A DNA stretch of 63,609 nucleotides, filler included, from Rhabdomonas costata (Eukaryota), in the NCBI GenBank assembly GCA_019059605.1. It is 57 parts of 57 records of this genome, joined end to end, with 100 filler letters (N's around TTAATTAATTAA, not from the genome) between each part and the next. Parts side by side here need not be neighbours in the genome. Positions count along the whole stretch, not along the records: positions 1 to 1,018 come from JAHMHO010033258.1; positions 1,119 to 2,136 come from JAHMHO010033259.1; positions 2,237 to 3,254 come from JAHMHO010033260.1; positions 3,355 to 4,372 come from JAHMHO010033261.1; positions 4,473 to 5,490 come from JAHMHO010033262.1; positions 5,591 to 6,608 come from JAHMHO010033263.1; positions 6,709 to 7,726 come from JAHMHO010033264.1; positions 7,827 to 8,840 come from JAHMHO010033265.1; 49 more parts are not named here. One strand, written 5' to 3'. The notes beneath the pieces are model-generated. The model was not told where the DNA came from. It did no database searches and saw only the letters and a program-made list of their open reading frames with translations. Shown here piece by piece: positions 1 through 12,186 of the stretch. Position numbers and translations under genes: made by a program. The stretch's first letter is position 1. Each line of letters opens with the position of its first letter.

Positions 1-826
1 TTTTGGGGTGTCAAATGAGTGTGTTGCGGTGTGGTGTGTGTTTGTGTGTGGTGATGGCGTGCTTCTGTTCAGCAGGAATTGCTGCTGGATGGCATGGAGT
101 ATGGAGTGACTTGCAATGACTCTTCTGGTCAGTGGCACTCAAAGTGTGCGGTCCTCTAAATTTCTTCGGATACCTGCAAACGTGCAGTCTGTGGGAATGG
201 AACTTTAGAAGCGCTGAGTCGCAGTCCTCTGCCTGTTCTAAGAGAGAAAGTGTGCCAGGGTTGCACAAGGGTTGCACAGCGGCGCGGCGGTTCTGGGCGG
301 GCATCATGGATAGATGAGAGATGGAGAAGGGATGGAACCTTCGCTTGGTGCAGCTGCGGATGCTGCGAGGAATAATCGTTGTGAATGTTTTAGGGCTGCG
401 CTTGCTGCCCTGAGGTACCCGCGTACATGGCCCTAGTGGAACTGTTCTGGTCCACCGCGCTGCGGGACCAACTGGAGTTCCGCACATTGGCCGCGGAGAA
501 GTATGCCTTGTGAGAGGAAGGCGGGAGGGGGCCGATTTATCTCAGACCGTGAGGTGACTTGATTCGGTTGTCTTTTTCTCCCCCTCATCCTGAAGAGTCT
601 TTCTCCTCACTGCTGAACCGTCTTTCAGCCCTTTGCAGGTGATCTGCCCTCTTCCTCCGTTCTCTTCTTTGACCTACACACGGGCACCGTGCACTTAAAT
701 GGTCGAGGCCTCGCAAGACAAAATCTTGTGCATCGTCTTACGTCGCATGCCACCATCCTTTGATAGGTGCTGCGCACTGATCTCGTGTTGGTTCAGGACC
801 TCTCCCGCACACACATACACACACAG

Positions 827-971
827 GCTTCCGGAGGCGGAGGATCAGCCCCATCACTACTTCTTTCGGCGCTCTGAAGGCTGGAAGACCCCGCAGATGG
901 CCGCCCAGCTGGCGCAGATGCAGGACTTCCTGCGCAGCCAGACCCTGCGGGCCCATGCAGCAGATGTGCCG
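827..971 (+). CDS. Internal exon, hypothetical protein (LPEAEDQPHHYFFRRSEGWK...)
   Basis: cacag| acceptor, GC-rich coding-like stretch, |gttagc donor; no family recognised. Confidence 0.5.
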
Positions 972-1018
972 GTTAGCTGCCGCCCAATTCTCACCACGCA
1001 CACACACCCACACCACCC

Positions 1019-1118
1019 NNNNNNNNNNNNNNNNNNNNNNNNNNNNNNNNNNNNNNNNNNNNTTAATTAATTAANNNNNNNNNNNNNNNNNNNNNNNNNN
1101 NNNNNNNNNNNNNNNNNN
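1019..1118. other. Artificial contig-joining spacer N44-TTAATTAATTAA-N44 (first of 56; recurs about every 1118 nt)
   Basis: Identical 100-nt block between all contigs; TTAATTAATTAA gives stops in all six frames; contigs 1014-1019 nt. Confidence 0.99.
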
Positions 1119-1123
1119 GGTTT

Positions 1124-1351
1124 GTGGGGACAGTGTATCAGGTGAATGAGCTGTGCGGCTATGATGTTCGAGAGCTGTCCTTCTACTGGAAGGAATGTGA
1201 GGTTGTTGCGGAGTTCGGTGTGGCGGTGGACGTGCAGTTTGTTGACCGCCACGAGGGTGCGGTTGGGGCGGGGGAAGTGCAGCCCGGGCTTGTGAGTGTT
1301 GTGGGGACGTACAACGACGAGGCGTCGGTGCCATTTCTCAGCGGAGCTGAG
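1124..1351 (+). CDS. Partial exon, hypothetical protein (possibly beta-rich OB-fold-like)
   Basis: Open frame from contig start ending at gag|gtatgt donor; the fold guess is weak. Confidence 0.5.
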
Positions 1352-4300
1352 GTATGTGGTGTGCGTCTTGGATTGCATGGGATGGGGCGAATGCAAGCAG
1401 CGATTGGGAGTGTTTTTTTCAGCGAGTGTGTGCTCGCAAAAAGGCGGCACTCATAATGTTGTCTAGGTAGGCCTTCAAGTCGAGAGTCACTCGCGGGGTC
1501 GAAGTGGACAGTCTCACACCAAAAAATTCAGGACAGTTCGAACGTAGTTATCCACCTCTGCCACATCAGATCTCTCCACCCTTCCAAGTGAAGCTCCCCA
1601 TACCCGGCCCTGCCATCGACATTGCGACATTCCCCCATTCGGCAGAGATCCGCCGACAGTCTGGTGATGAGGTGCGCTCACGAGCACAATCATGGCCGGA
1701 AGTTGTGGGGTACCCACACACATGTGGGGTCGCTGTGTGTCACAATCCCATTGCCCGGGCTGGAATCGAGGGCTAGATGAGGTGAACCGGGGGTACCCCC
1801 CCCCGGGGGCCCTATATATATGTAGACTAGGCCTATAGGCCACCATTGTATACAAGGTTACACTAGGCTGAGGTCGTGTCGGGCTTCTGGGCGCTTCCCG
1901 TGTAGCGGGTGGTGGTCAGCGGGGTCTTCATCTCAAAGGGTGGGGGGATGGTCCTCTCGTTCCGACTGTGTGCATTTCCGTCGCCAGGTCTGTGCACCAA
2001 TCACAGTGTCGCCGCGCAGGTGGGAGCGTTTTCCCAGCTGTGACTTGATGCCTGCTCAAGCACGCTCCCTGTCTCTCTTTCGGGATTGTGCTTCCCTCAT
2101 TCTTCCAGGACCCCACAACCCAACCACACCCAACACNNNNNNNNNNNNNNNNNNNNNNNNNNNNNNNNNNNNNNNNNNNNTTAATTAATTAANNNNNNNN
2201 NNNNNNNNNNNNNNNNNNNNNNNNNNNNNNNNNNNNGTTGTTTTTTGTTGATATCTTCCCCTTTAAAAGTTGAGAACAGTGAAGCCTATTTTAGGAACGC
2301 CGTGGCAAATCCAGGCAAATCCAGGCAAACAACCTAATTCCTGAATTAAAGTAATAACAATGGGAGGTGGAAGTCAAGATGGCAGGTAGGGGGCCCCAAC
2401 GCCTCTCCACTCACCCGACCTCCATCCGGCACCCCACCCCACCTTCCTCCGCCCACAGCACCACCATTATATCTATACCATGGCGCCTCAATGCTCACTC
2501 TTCATCGCTACCCTCCAAGGCCTGCCACTGCGTGCATACTAAACGAATAAAGAAAGGGATGCTTCCGTTCCGCGTGCTGCAGCACCACACATCCATCCTG
2601 GCATTCGCTGGCCACCCTGTTGGGGTCGGCCCGGGCTGTGACCATGATACCCAAACCCATACCCCCTTCCATCTTATCCGCATTTACCCAAACACCCTCG
2701 CACTGAACTTGGAGCACTGCCCCAGCACTGAACTTTCTCCTGTGCAAAGACAACAACACGCCCAAGACTCCGGGAATAGGCAACTGCGCAACAAAACAAA
2801 GCAGCGTCCGAAGCCGAGCTCTGTTTAGGTCACACACAGCCAGCAGAAAAGGAGTTGGACGTCACAGGCGGGGGTCTGGCGCGTCGGGAGGACGCCGACC
2901 CACGCCAGGTCCACACAAAAATAACAAAAGCTACTGAAGTGGGAAAACAAAAAAAAAGGAAATGCTGGAGCATCAGAGCATAACTGTAAAGAGTGGGGGA
3001 GAAGGAAAAGCTAGAGATCTGAGACACGTCGACTGGGCATGCCTGACCGCATCGTTTTCAAGGATTTGTGGAGGAAGGGGACGACCCAACACTTCACCCG
3101 TCTGGAGGTGTGCGTGTTGGGGGAAGCACTTGTGGGGTTTGGGTTTACCGGGGACCTGAATGAAAAGGAGGAAATGAAGAAGGACAACACCACACCAGAA
3201 TGTCTCAGTAGTCAGGAAATGTTGCAAGACATCTAAGTGTGAAAAAACAAAACCNNNNNNNNNNNNNNNNNNNNNNNNNNNNNNNNNNNNNNNNNNNNTT
3301 AATTAATTAANNNNNNNNNNNNNNNNNNNNNNNNNNNNNNNNNNNNNNNNNNNNGATCCTGTCCACTGCTGCACATAAAGGAGCACTCCAGCAGATCCAC
3401 CCAGCGTCCACGAACGAAGAAGCAAGAAAACGGTGCCAGTCACAATGAGCTCGTGAGAATCCGACAAGTGGTGTGTGAGCACGACAGCGTCCAGGGTCAC
3501 ACTACTGAGGCCCTGAGGGGGAGGTTTTTGTGCTGTCCAGAACCCATTGCAGGTAAGATGAACTGCCCTGCGTGATGTCGGCCGAGATAACTTCGGGAAC
3601 CTGTTCAAATCCCAAGCACGCAGAGATCGAGCAGCAGAGTTTCTGGCCCATCCGGAATTGAAGCAAATAAAGTGGCCCAGCACCTAGCAACTGCAAAAAT
3701 GCTGTGAAAAATTACAAAAAAGCCGTGAAGCGGTTGATTCAGTCCCAAACCATCCGGAAACCAGGGAGAGCGTGTGTGCAGACGCGGAGAAGCAACCAAC
3801 CAAGCAATTTTTGCTCGAGAGGAAACGAAACCCGAAAGCATGGAGCTCGGAAAAAGACCACACTGCTGGGAAAGGATGCCGCCCCAGCTCGGGTGTGGAT
3901 GCTCTTTACAACATCCAAGCTGACAGAAATGAGGGCTGCAAGCACGTGGCTGCACCGTTGTTGGCTGATTGGATGTTCAGGAATGCCTTATGAAGATTAA
4001 CAATGTGCTGCAACTACCACCCAAGCAGGGGATATTGCATTTGGGGAGAGCTACACGTTGAATACTGCCAAAACTGCGATACCATGAACCTAAAATATCG
4101 CCATGGACACCTTACTTGGATAACCAGAAACCAGAAGCAGAAAAGCGGTACCTCCTTAATTAATAGAGAAACAAGAAACCCAGCAAATTCACAGACAAAC
4201 TACCTCTATTACCTCTATTAATGTACTTGACAGCCAGTATTTTACAATGACTGCTCCATCACGGAAACATGACTCTTGTCATTTGGTACGGATGCTACAC

Positions 4301-4821
4301 TCATCAACACGAAATGAAAACCAACAACAAAACACACTGCAATTCACACGCGCAAGGGGTGCCCACAACCCCNNNNNNNNNNNNNNNNNNNNNNNNNNNN
4401 NNNNNNNNNNNNNNNNTTAATTAATTAANNNNNNNNNNNNNNNNNNNNNNNNNNNNNNNNNNNNNNNNNNNNGTGTTGTTGTGCAGGTTGGACTACTGCG
4501 CGGGGACAATCTTGACAACTTGTTTGAGAAAGGGAGAGGGAAGATCTCCCATCTTCTCCATCCCTTAACCCATCAAAGCGCCTTTAGATGAAACCCACAA
4601 TAGTTTAACCAGGAACCGTGCTTCGGAAAGAAAACCGGAATCAGTGGGATTGTCTTTTCTTCGCTTTGTTTCCTCCCTGCTTCGGTTAGGAAAATCTCTT
4701 GCTCCATCCTGTGAACCCCCGAGGCTGTGTTTTTATTTTGCGGTACAAAACGAGTTGTTCTTTCCTCGCCTCCCCGCTATAGCTGTATGCGACTCGTTTC
4801 TCGGGGTGTCGTTGGACGCAG

Positions 4822-4991
4822 GGTGGGAGGACTGCGACCTCTCCACCAATGGCCTGGAGGAGGCCAACCTATGCGGGGACCTCCTGAAGAGCCGTGGTTT
4901 CGACTTCGACGTGGCCTACACCTCGATGCTGAAGAGGGCGATCCGCACCCTGTGGATCGTCCTGGACAACATGAGCTTGGTCCACATTCCG
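4822..4991 (+). CDS. gpmA: Exon of 2,3-BPG-dependent phosphoglycerate mutase (dPGM)
   Basis: [15 protein letters not shown]...[21 protein letters not shown] matches dPGM GWxDVxL / YTSxLxRAIxT motifs; gcag| acceptor; ends at ccg|gcatgt (GC donor). Confidence 0.9.
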
Positions 4992-6725
4992 GCATGTCTC
5001 TGCCGTCGGTCGTCCGTTGGCTTCACAAGCGTTTGGGTTGAAAATGTTGGTGGGTTCCTCTCACCCCTTTCCCGACTCGTCTGTGTGGGTTTTTATCCGG
5101 TGGAACTATCTTTTTTAGTATAGAAAAGGTAAAATTTGAATCTGAAGCGGCGGAATGTGCAACCGACCAAATGCGCTAAAAGGGAAAAAAAATGCATTTT
5201 GCCTTTTCGCCCCCCCCCCCTTTTTGTAGTTTGCCTCTTGCGTTGTGGTCGTTGCCCCCAGAAGGTTTGCATGTTGCACCCGCTTCTTTCTGATGTTGGG
5301 CGTTCCAAGTTTTAACTGGCGAGTTGTTTTGCAACAGCTGTGCAGTGCGGGCTCGTTATTTTCGTGTTTTTTCTGTGGCACTGGGTTTCGTTTTGTAGTA
5401 GTGAGGATATTCTGATATCCTTCCGGTGTAGCCTGTGGGATTCGCGCTGAAGTTCGTTTAATGTATGGGTGTGGGTGTCTGGGTCTTGCCNNNNNNNNNN
5501 NNNNNNNNNNNNNNNNNNNNNNNNNNNNNNNNNNTTAATTAATTAANNNNNNNNNNNNNNNNNNNNNNNNNNNNNNNNNNNNNNNNNNNNGGGTTGGTTT
5601 GGGCCTGTCACGGCGCCTCTCAGGCTGCAGTTTGATCTCTATCGTGGTGAATAGACTCTGTCTACCGCAACACATAGGAAGCCGGGCTGCTGGGCCTCAC
5701 CCTGATCGGCCGTGGAATCAAGAGAATCCCCGGGTGTGCACCATTTTGCCATCCTTTCGTGGCTTCTGTATGAGGCGGCAGATCTCCTTTGGTGTGAGGA
5801 GGAAGAGGAGGGGGAGGCGTTAAACGATTTGCACTGATAACCTTTTTTTTGGGGGGGGGTATTGCGGGTTTTTGGTTTTTTGTTGCTGGGGGTTGACAGA
5901 CAAATGGCACAAGATTTACTTCAGCGGTGGAGGCCAGTCCACAGCGGCCGGAGTGGGTGGATAGGTTAGGAAGTTTCATGGAAGTTCCATTGCGGTGTTA
6001 AACGACCGAATCCATTTTGGAAAAAAAAAACGCATAAAAAAACTACCGAATCGGTCAAGTATCTGGCAATGTCTGGCGATGTGGCGATAAGATGGGGTCA
6101 GGTGAATTATTTTGCTTACTAGACACGTTTAATTTGCTTTCAAGAGGGAAAGTGAAAGGCTGGAACCGCAACCACCGCAATAGAAAGGGGGGGGGTAGTG
6201 TAAATGTACAGTGATGCTAAACTTATTGCAGTGCCCCCTCCCCCTCCAGCACAGAGGCCCCTCTCGCTTTGAGAATGAGGGGCCGAGGGCCGATGTGGCT
6301 GCTGGCTGTCAGTGCCACTCATGATTGGGGTGCGAGTTTGTATAACTATGCCCAGACACTATATCTTCCACCACTCTCTCCCCTCTTTGTGGCATTCATG
6401 CTTTCTCTTTCTTCTTCCTTCACTTCTGGTTCTTCGCGGATACCTCGTGCTTTTGTTTGTATTTTCACTTCTCTTCGGGGGCAGCTGTCAGTATGTGTAT
6501 TTGAATTCTAAAAGGTACATTCTTCGACCCAAGCCCTCGTTTATGGACACCGTTGTGAATTTGGTCTCGTCCACGGCTGCCCCGCAGCCCGTGGCGGCCC
6601 CCACACACNNNNNNNNNNNNNNNNNNNNNNNNNNNNNNNNNNNNNNNNNNNNTTAATTAATTAANNNNNNNNNNNNNNNNNNNNNNNNNNNNNNNNNNNN
6701 NNNNNNNNTTCCCGACTGCCCTCAG

Positions 6726-6940
6726 ATGACTTTTACGTGGAGATGCTGAAGTCGGACAAGCAGATGGCCCGAGTGCGGGGAGAGCTGCAGTACCAAAAGC
6801 ACCGCATCACGGGCGCGGAGGAGCGCCGAAAGCAGAACTACCAGCGCAAGGTGGGGAAGGCGATCCAGGCCCAGGTCATCCAGGAGCGCCACAAGCAGAA
6901 GCGGGACGTCCTCAACCGCATCGCGGAGTTCCGCCGCAAG
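6726..6940 (+). CDS. EBP2: Exon of rRNA-processing protein EBP2
   Basis: DDFYVEMLKSDKQMARVR...RKVGKAIQ matches Ebp2 RPxDYFAEMxKSDxHMxKVR...KKFGKxVQ; ctcag| acceptor; probable aag|gcattg donor. Confidence 0.85.
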
Positions 6941-7978
6941 GCATTGCTGCACAGCGGTGGGGAGAGCGTGAGCGAGAAAGCAAGAGAGAGATTCCAATGA
7001 GATGGAGGTAGAGGAGGATGCAGAACCTGAAGCTCGGTGATCAACTAACGAGTGGGCCGACGAGTTGGCTGCTGCTCGCTTCCTGCAGCTCCCCTAGGGG
7101 GACCATCAGAAGCTGCAGCCCGTGCTGCCGACCACTGAGCCTCCACGAGCCGAAGAGGGGACCCTCTCCCCTTCATTTGCGAGAGCTGATGCTATCAAGG
7201 ATTTAACGGGACCCGACCTCCACTCATTTCCACACTCCTCACCCAAAGAGGGCGAGAGAGAGCTTCTCGAATGCTGAGTCTCCAACAATCTGCTGGCAGG
7301 GCTTCACTCCTGTGTGTGGAGCTCCAGAGCACTATAATCTGTCACTGAGGTGGGCTCATTCCCACACCAAAGTCGCACACGCTTGCTTGCACAAGTTGCG
7401 GGGCACTGCAGGTTGCAGGGCGACTAATAAAAACCAGTTCTCACACTCAGTCGTAGGGCAAGAGATTATACTCCGTATGGCAGACCTACTGGCACTTTTG
7501 CTTAAGTGTAGTGGTCAATTGGGCGTTCTGTTGTATTTTTGTGGCGAAGGTGGTGGGGGGGGGTGGTGAAAAATGTCTCTCACCGTTTGATAAAATCATC
7601 ATCGAATGGGCACTGCTTTCATAATTCCGTTGAAAATGGCGTTAAGCGTTTATCATCGTGAAACGACGAATGTGACACCTGTGCGGGCACGTCCCTGGCT
7701 CATCCGCCCTTCAGTCCATCCACACANNNNNNNNNNNNNNNNNNNNNNNNNNNNNNNNNNNNNNNNNNNNTTAATTAATTAANNNNNNNNNNNNNNNNNN
7801 NNNNNNNNNNNNNNNNNNNNNNNNNNGTTTTTGTTGAGCTTGCGCAGCACGTGTGATGGACAGAGGTTCGTTTTCGGTATCGGGTATCGGGTATCGGGCG
7901 TTGAGCTGGGAGGATGGGAGGAGCAGCGGCTGTGCATTTCCCTCCCTCCCTCCCTCCCCTTGCTCTCGTTCCCCTTAG

Positions 7979-8150
7979 GTCTGGGAGTCTTCGCGGTGGC
8001 CATTGTGGTGCACAACTACCACAAGTACGGGTGGGTGGGCCTGGAGCCCCCCACGGAGCACCCTGTGGAAGAGGCGCTGGTGCCCGAGCCGGACCAGCCC
8101 CCGCTGCCTGGGCCCGGGGACGGCGACTGCTTCAGCATTGTCGAGTACAG
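7979..8150 (+). CDS. Exon of a membrane protein (hydrophobic segment followed by a Pro/Glu-rich tail)
   Basis: Polypyrimidine-tag| acceptor; GLGVFAVAIVVHNYHKYGW...; donor is either cag|gcgtgt (8151) or a downstream gtaagt. Confidence 0.55.
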
Positions 8151-10908
8151 GCGTGTTCGTATGTAAGTGTGGGTGTAGATTCCAACAATTTGCACAGTGA
8201 GGATGTGTTTATGGAGGCCCGTCGGTGGGGTCTTGTGTGGGGGCAGGGAGCTCCCGCAGATCCCACTGGTCTTGTGTGAGTGTGAGTGTGTGCATTGTCG
8301 TGCCCCTCAAAATGAGAGGTGAAAAATGTTACGAAATTGTTTCTTTTTGGACTTTCAGGGGTTTTAGGGCTGGTAAAAAGTGTCACTTTGTAAACCATGC
8401 CAGCAGAGATGTTTCGTTTGCATTGGAAGCTTCTTATCAGGTGACCTATCTGAGATATGCCGATGCTTTCCGGATGTGCATGTGACATAAGCCGTGATTT
8501 CTCGCCTCTCTCTTTTGACGTGGCCCGGGGGGCCATCTGTGTGAAGTGGAAGCAAGTTGCCTTCAGCATCATGCTGGAGCGAGATCACCGTGTAAGACCG
8601 TAAATATGGATTCGAGCTGATCTCTTCGCCTGACAGTTTCCGTACCAGTGTTTCCCTCTGCACCCAACTTTGTATGCGTTGGTATGAAGTGTATATGGTA
8701 TTCGCTGGGGTTATCGTTCTTGTCCTTCATGTCATGAGGATGGCAGCAATGAAGCTCGTCGAAAGTGAACAATATGCGAATGTGATGAAGGACAAGAACG
8801 ATAACCCCAGCGAATACCATATACACTTCACACCAACACANNNNNNNNNNNNNNNNNNNNNNNNNNNNNNNNNNNNNNNNNNNNTTAATTAATTAANNNN
8901 NNNNNNNNNNNNNNNNNNNNNNNNNNNNNNNNNNNNNNNNGTGTTTTGTGTGCCACCACTGCTGTTTGACGAAACACCATGCAGCTGTGTGTGTTTGCCT
9001 TGGGTTTTCCTCAAATTCCGGGTTGTCTGAGACCTTAGGTCTAGCTGTACAAGTATTTTTTGGTTTCTTCCTTTCCATTGGAGTGGATCAGGTGGAGTTT
9101 CTGTTCCCCCTCCTTCGCTCGCGTGACCCCGTCCGCACCAGAAGTGAACTTCCCGGTTGCCTCCATCACCTGTGCACTTACAGGTGTACCGGATAACCGG
9201 GAGCCAGGAAAGAATGCTGAACCCAGCGAAAGTCACTTGTACATTCCCTCCCTTCCGCTTGCCAAAAACGAGCATACGCTTCTTTGTGGTGAGTAGCGGA
9301 GGTATGCGAGAGATTGTGTCTGTGGAAAACTCTTTTGTTCCTTTTTCGTTGGGGTACTGGTGTGAATGCTAAAGTGGAATGCCCTACTACTGAGCTCAGC
9401 TATGAATTTAAAACATTCGATTATCCTTGGACATTTCCTTTAGACTAGTGGCGTTGTCTGCCTCCCCACCGCCTCCCCGCAACTTTCATCAAAAGCCTTT
9501 ATTTTTATGGGCGCCCTGATCTGCTGTTGCTGTTTAAAAGCCGTCATTATGGTTCTTTAGGCTCAGATTCGACGAAATTTCTATTTGGACGTTGATAGCG
9601 AAGACTCATCACCTCCAAGTGCTACTTTTTCGCCGAGTACCTCTTGTTATGGTACTCTTCTATCTTCTCTTCGCTCATGTTCCCGAGAAAGCCCCGAGAC
9701 GGTTCGTCAAAAAAGCCGGGTATAATGAATCAGTTGTCATGCGATTGTCACGCGATCCAAAAGAAAACTGCAGGGGGCAACTGTATCGCCCTCTCACCCC
9801 CTGCAAAGCCTTGTGTAACAAAATTTTTGTCGAGCTCAGCAGTTAGAGCACTTGGCCCGAGAATGCATCGGATTGAACTGATTCAGCTATCTCGGCTTCT
9901 ATTTTCCTCATGGAACGTGTATTGGTTCCTCCGCGCCGTCTTCCTTGCCCACCCCACANNNNNNNNNNNNNNNNNNNNNNNNNNNNNNNNNNNNNNNNNN
10001 NNTTAATTAATTAANNNNNNNNNNNNNNNNNNNNNNNNNNNNNNNNNNNNNNNNNNNNGGTGTGGGTGTGTTTGGTTTTTTGGGGGCAGAGGCAGCACTG
10101 GACTGAACTGTGACTGTCTGGACACTCCCGTAAAGGCTCTGGAAAAAGAAAAGAGGACGTGGGTCAGAACGTTCTGCTTGACGTGTGCTCGATAAATTCG
10201 AGCATAGGCTTTCCAAAAGCTCATTGTCCCACCCATTGTCTCCATCCTTTGCGCAAAAGACGAGACATTCAATTTTCAAGCATGCATTCTTTTTCGGGTG
10301 TGTTTATTGCAAGAAACAGAAACACGAACGCACCGTGAAGGCACCATCTCTCAGTGGCTTTCCAGAGAAATTTCAAGGCAACATGTGGAACGAACCTCCC
10401 TTTCACATCGACAGAAGGAGCACTCGTAGTCACACGAAGCAGAGGCAAGCGCAATCCCGGTTTATTGACAGGGAGGAAGATGCACATGGAATCAGCACAG
10501 TGGAGTGGAGGCCCCTAAGAAGGGAGAGTGGCTTGGGGCCCAAAGTATTGACAAAAAGAAGACTCCACCAGTGCTGAACAGCGGGGGAATGACCAGAACC
10601 CATTCACCCCACAAGTAAGCAAGGTGCATGCGTAGGAAAAGATGCAGTCACACAGTTACACACCACAAGCACAGAAGAAGCAAAAAAAAACATTCAGAGA
10701 AAGGGAACACGGGAGGGTGCAGCTGGAATTTGGAAATTGGACCACGAAGCCGCAAACCCAAGAAAAAGTGAAAGCGCATTGCAGTGCACTGATTTCAGGG
10801 AAAGTGCTGCTAAGGTCTGCGAGCGCCGTGGCAGAGCAGCACCTTGACATGAACAGCGAACTTGGCTGGGGACGCCTCTCACCGGGCCACGGGGTTGGAG
10901 GCACGCAC

Positions 10909-11073
10909 GCCATTGGTGGTGGTGGTGACCGTGACCGCCCTGCTGCTGCCGCTGCTGCTGACGTTGGGCTGGAACGTGCACTCCGCCGCCTCGCCCGCGG
11001 CTAGGGCCTGCCGCAGCTCTTCCACGCGGCGCATGGTCTCCTGCTGCTGCCGAGTCTGCCGCTCATACACCAA
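10909..11073 (-). CDS. Exon of a coiled-coil protein with an ECTFQP motif
   Basis: ...RRVEELRQALAAGEAAECTFQPNV; |gtgcgt donor; ECTFxP motifs are common in protist cytoskeletal proteins. Confidence 0.6.
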
Positions 11074-12074
11074 ACCNNNNNNNNNNNNNNNNNNNNNNNN
11101 NNNNNNNNNNNNNNNNNNNNTTAATTAATTAANNNNNNNNNNNNNNNNNNNNNNNNNNNNNNNNNNNNNNNNNNNNTTGTGGGGTGGACGGACCAGTACC
11201 TGTGGTTCGGGCGGTTCTGGCTGACCCACTCCTCAGGTTGCTCATTGCTTGCCCATACGGGCGATTATATTCATAGCCTGTATCGATCGCACCCTGTGGG
11301 GAACAGGTGGCCTCTCATGCTGAACCGTTAGATACCTCATTGAGGAAATGGAATCACTGGATGAGGTCAGATATGTTCGAGGGCACAAGGTTTCGATTGG
11401 TTGTAGCTTGCGCTCTTCATACAAGAAGTATCACGTTCCCACTTTGTTATAAACGGGCGGGAGGGGTGAAAGCGAAGCCGAAGCAGGCTCGGGGTCTTTT
11501 GTATGTACAGGGCCTCCCAAAACATACCACTTTCGGCTTCCATGAATTGATTGTGGATTCAAAATGGAGTCGAGTTCACCTAGATTTCGAGCCGCTCGCC
11601 ACCTTCCTACCACCGCATGTCAAATTAACTTCACAAATGGCAAATGAGGGACAGCTGTGTCCCGACGTCTCCAAGTTGTGGGATGGAGTAAAGCAACCAT
11701 AGAAACCAGGGATGTGGTTGAGGGACTTTATCGGATGCATGCGTTGAATTGATGTACGTATAGCTGTGATTTGCGCACTGCGTTGTTTTTTGTGTTGGCA
11801 GATGAGCTGTAGCGATTGCCCTGGAGGGGCGGGGACGTCTTGTTGTCCAGTGTGGCCTCTTTGTGTGCTTGTACACATGGGCGGGCACCGTGAACGCTGG
11901 ACTTAGGATGGTTTTTCCACGCATCTTTTGGTAAGCAGGAGTTGATTGCTGTGGGGCTTCAACCTTCCTTGCGGAGCCAGCGTGGCGTCGCCCGTGCCTT
12001 TCTTTGCGGGAATCGCATTTTTCTTTTATGGCTCACATTTGAGTTTCGGTGCTCGACTTCTCGCACCCACTCAG

Positions 12075-12186
12075 CCGTATACTCCCCCACGGGGACTTTG
12101 CTTGGGGTGGCCGGGGTGGACATGGAGCTGGGCTTCTTGAACCAGATCCTGGTCGGGCTGAATCTGGTTCAAGAAGCCCAGCTCCA
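12075..12186 (+). CDS. Exon encoding part of a Cache (dCache_1-like) sensor domain
   Basis: AVYSPTGTLLGVAGVDMELGFLNQIL matches Cache consensus PVYxxxGxLLGVxGVDIxLxxLxxxL; ctcag| acceptor. Confidence 0.7.

Noticed and set aside
8685-8830. Perfect 46-bp inverted repeat (similar hairpins at ~13161-13304, 22362-22426, 27950-28006, 32427-32510, 43604-43758, 51427-51528, 57812-58017)
   Set aside because: Every one has an arm touching a contig end next to primer-like bases, and some duplicate coding sequence. These are fold-back amplification chimeras, not terminators, TIRs or RNA hairpins.
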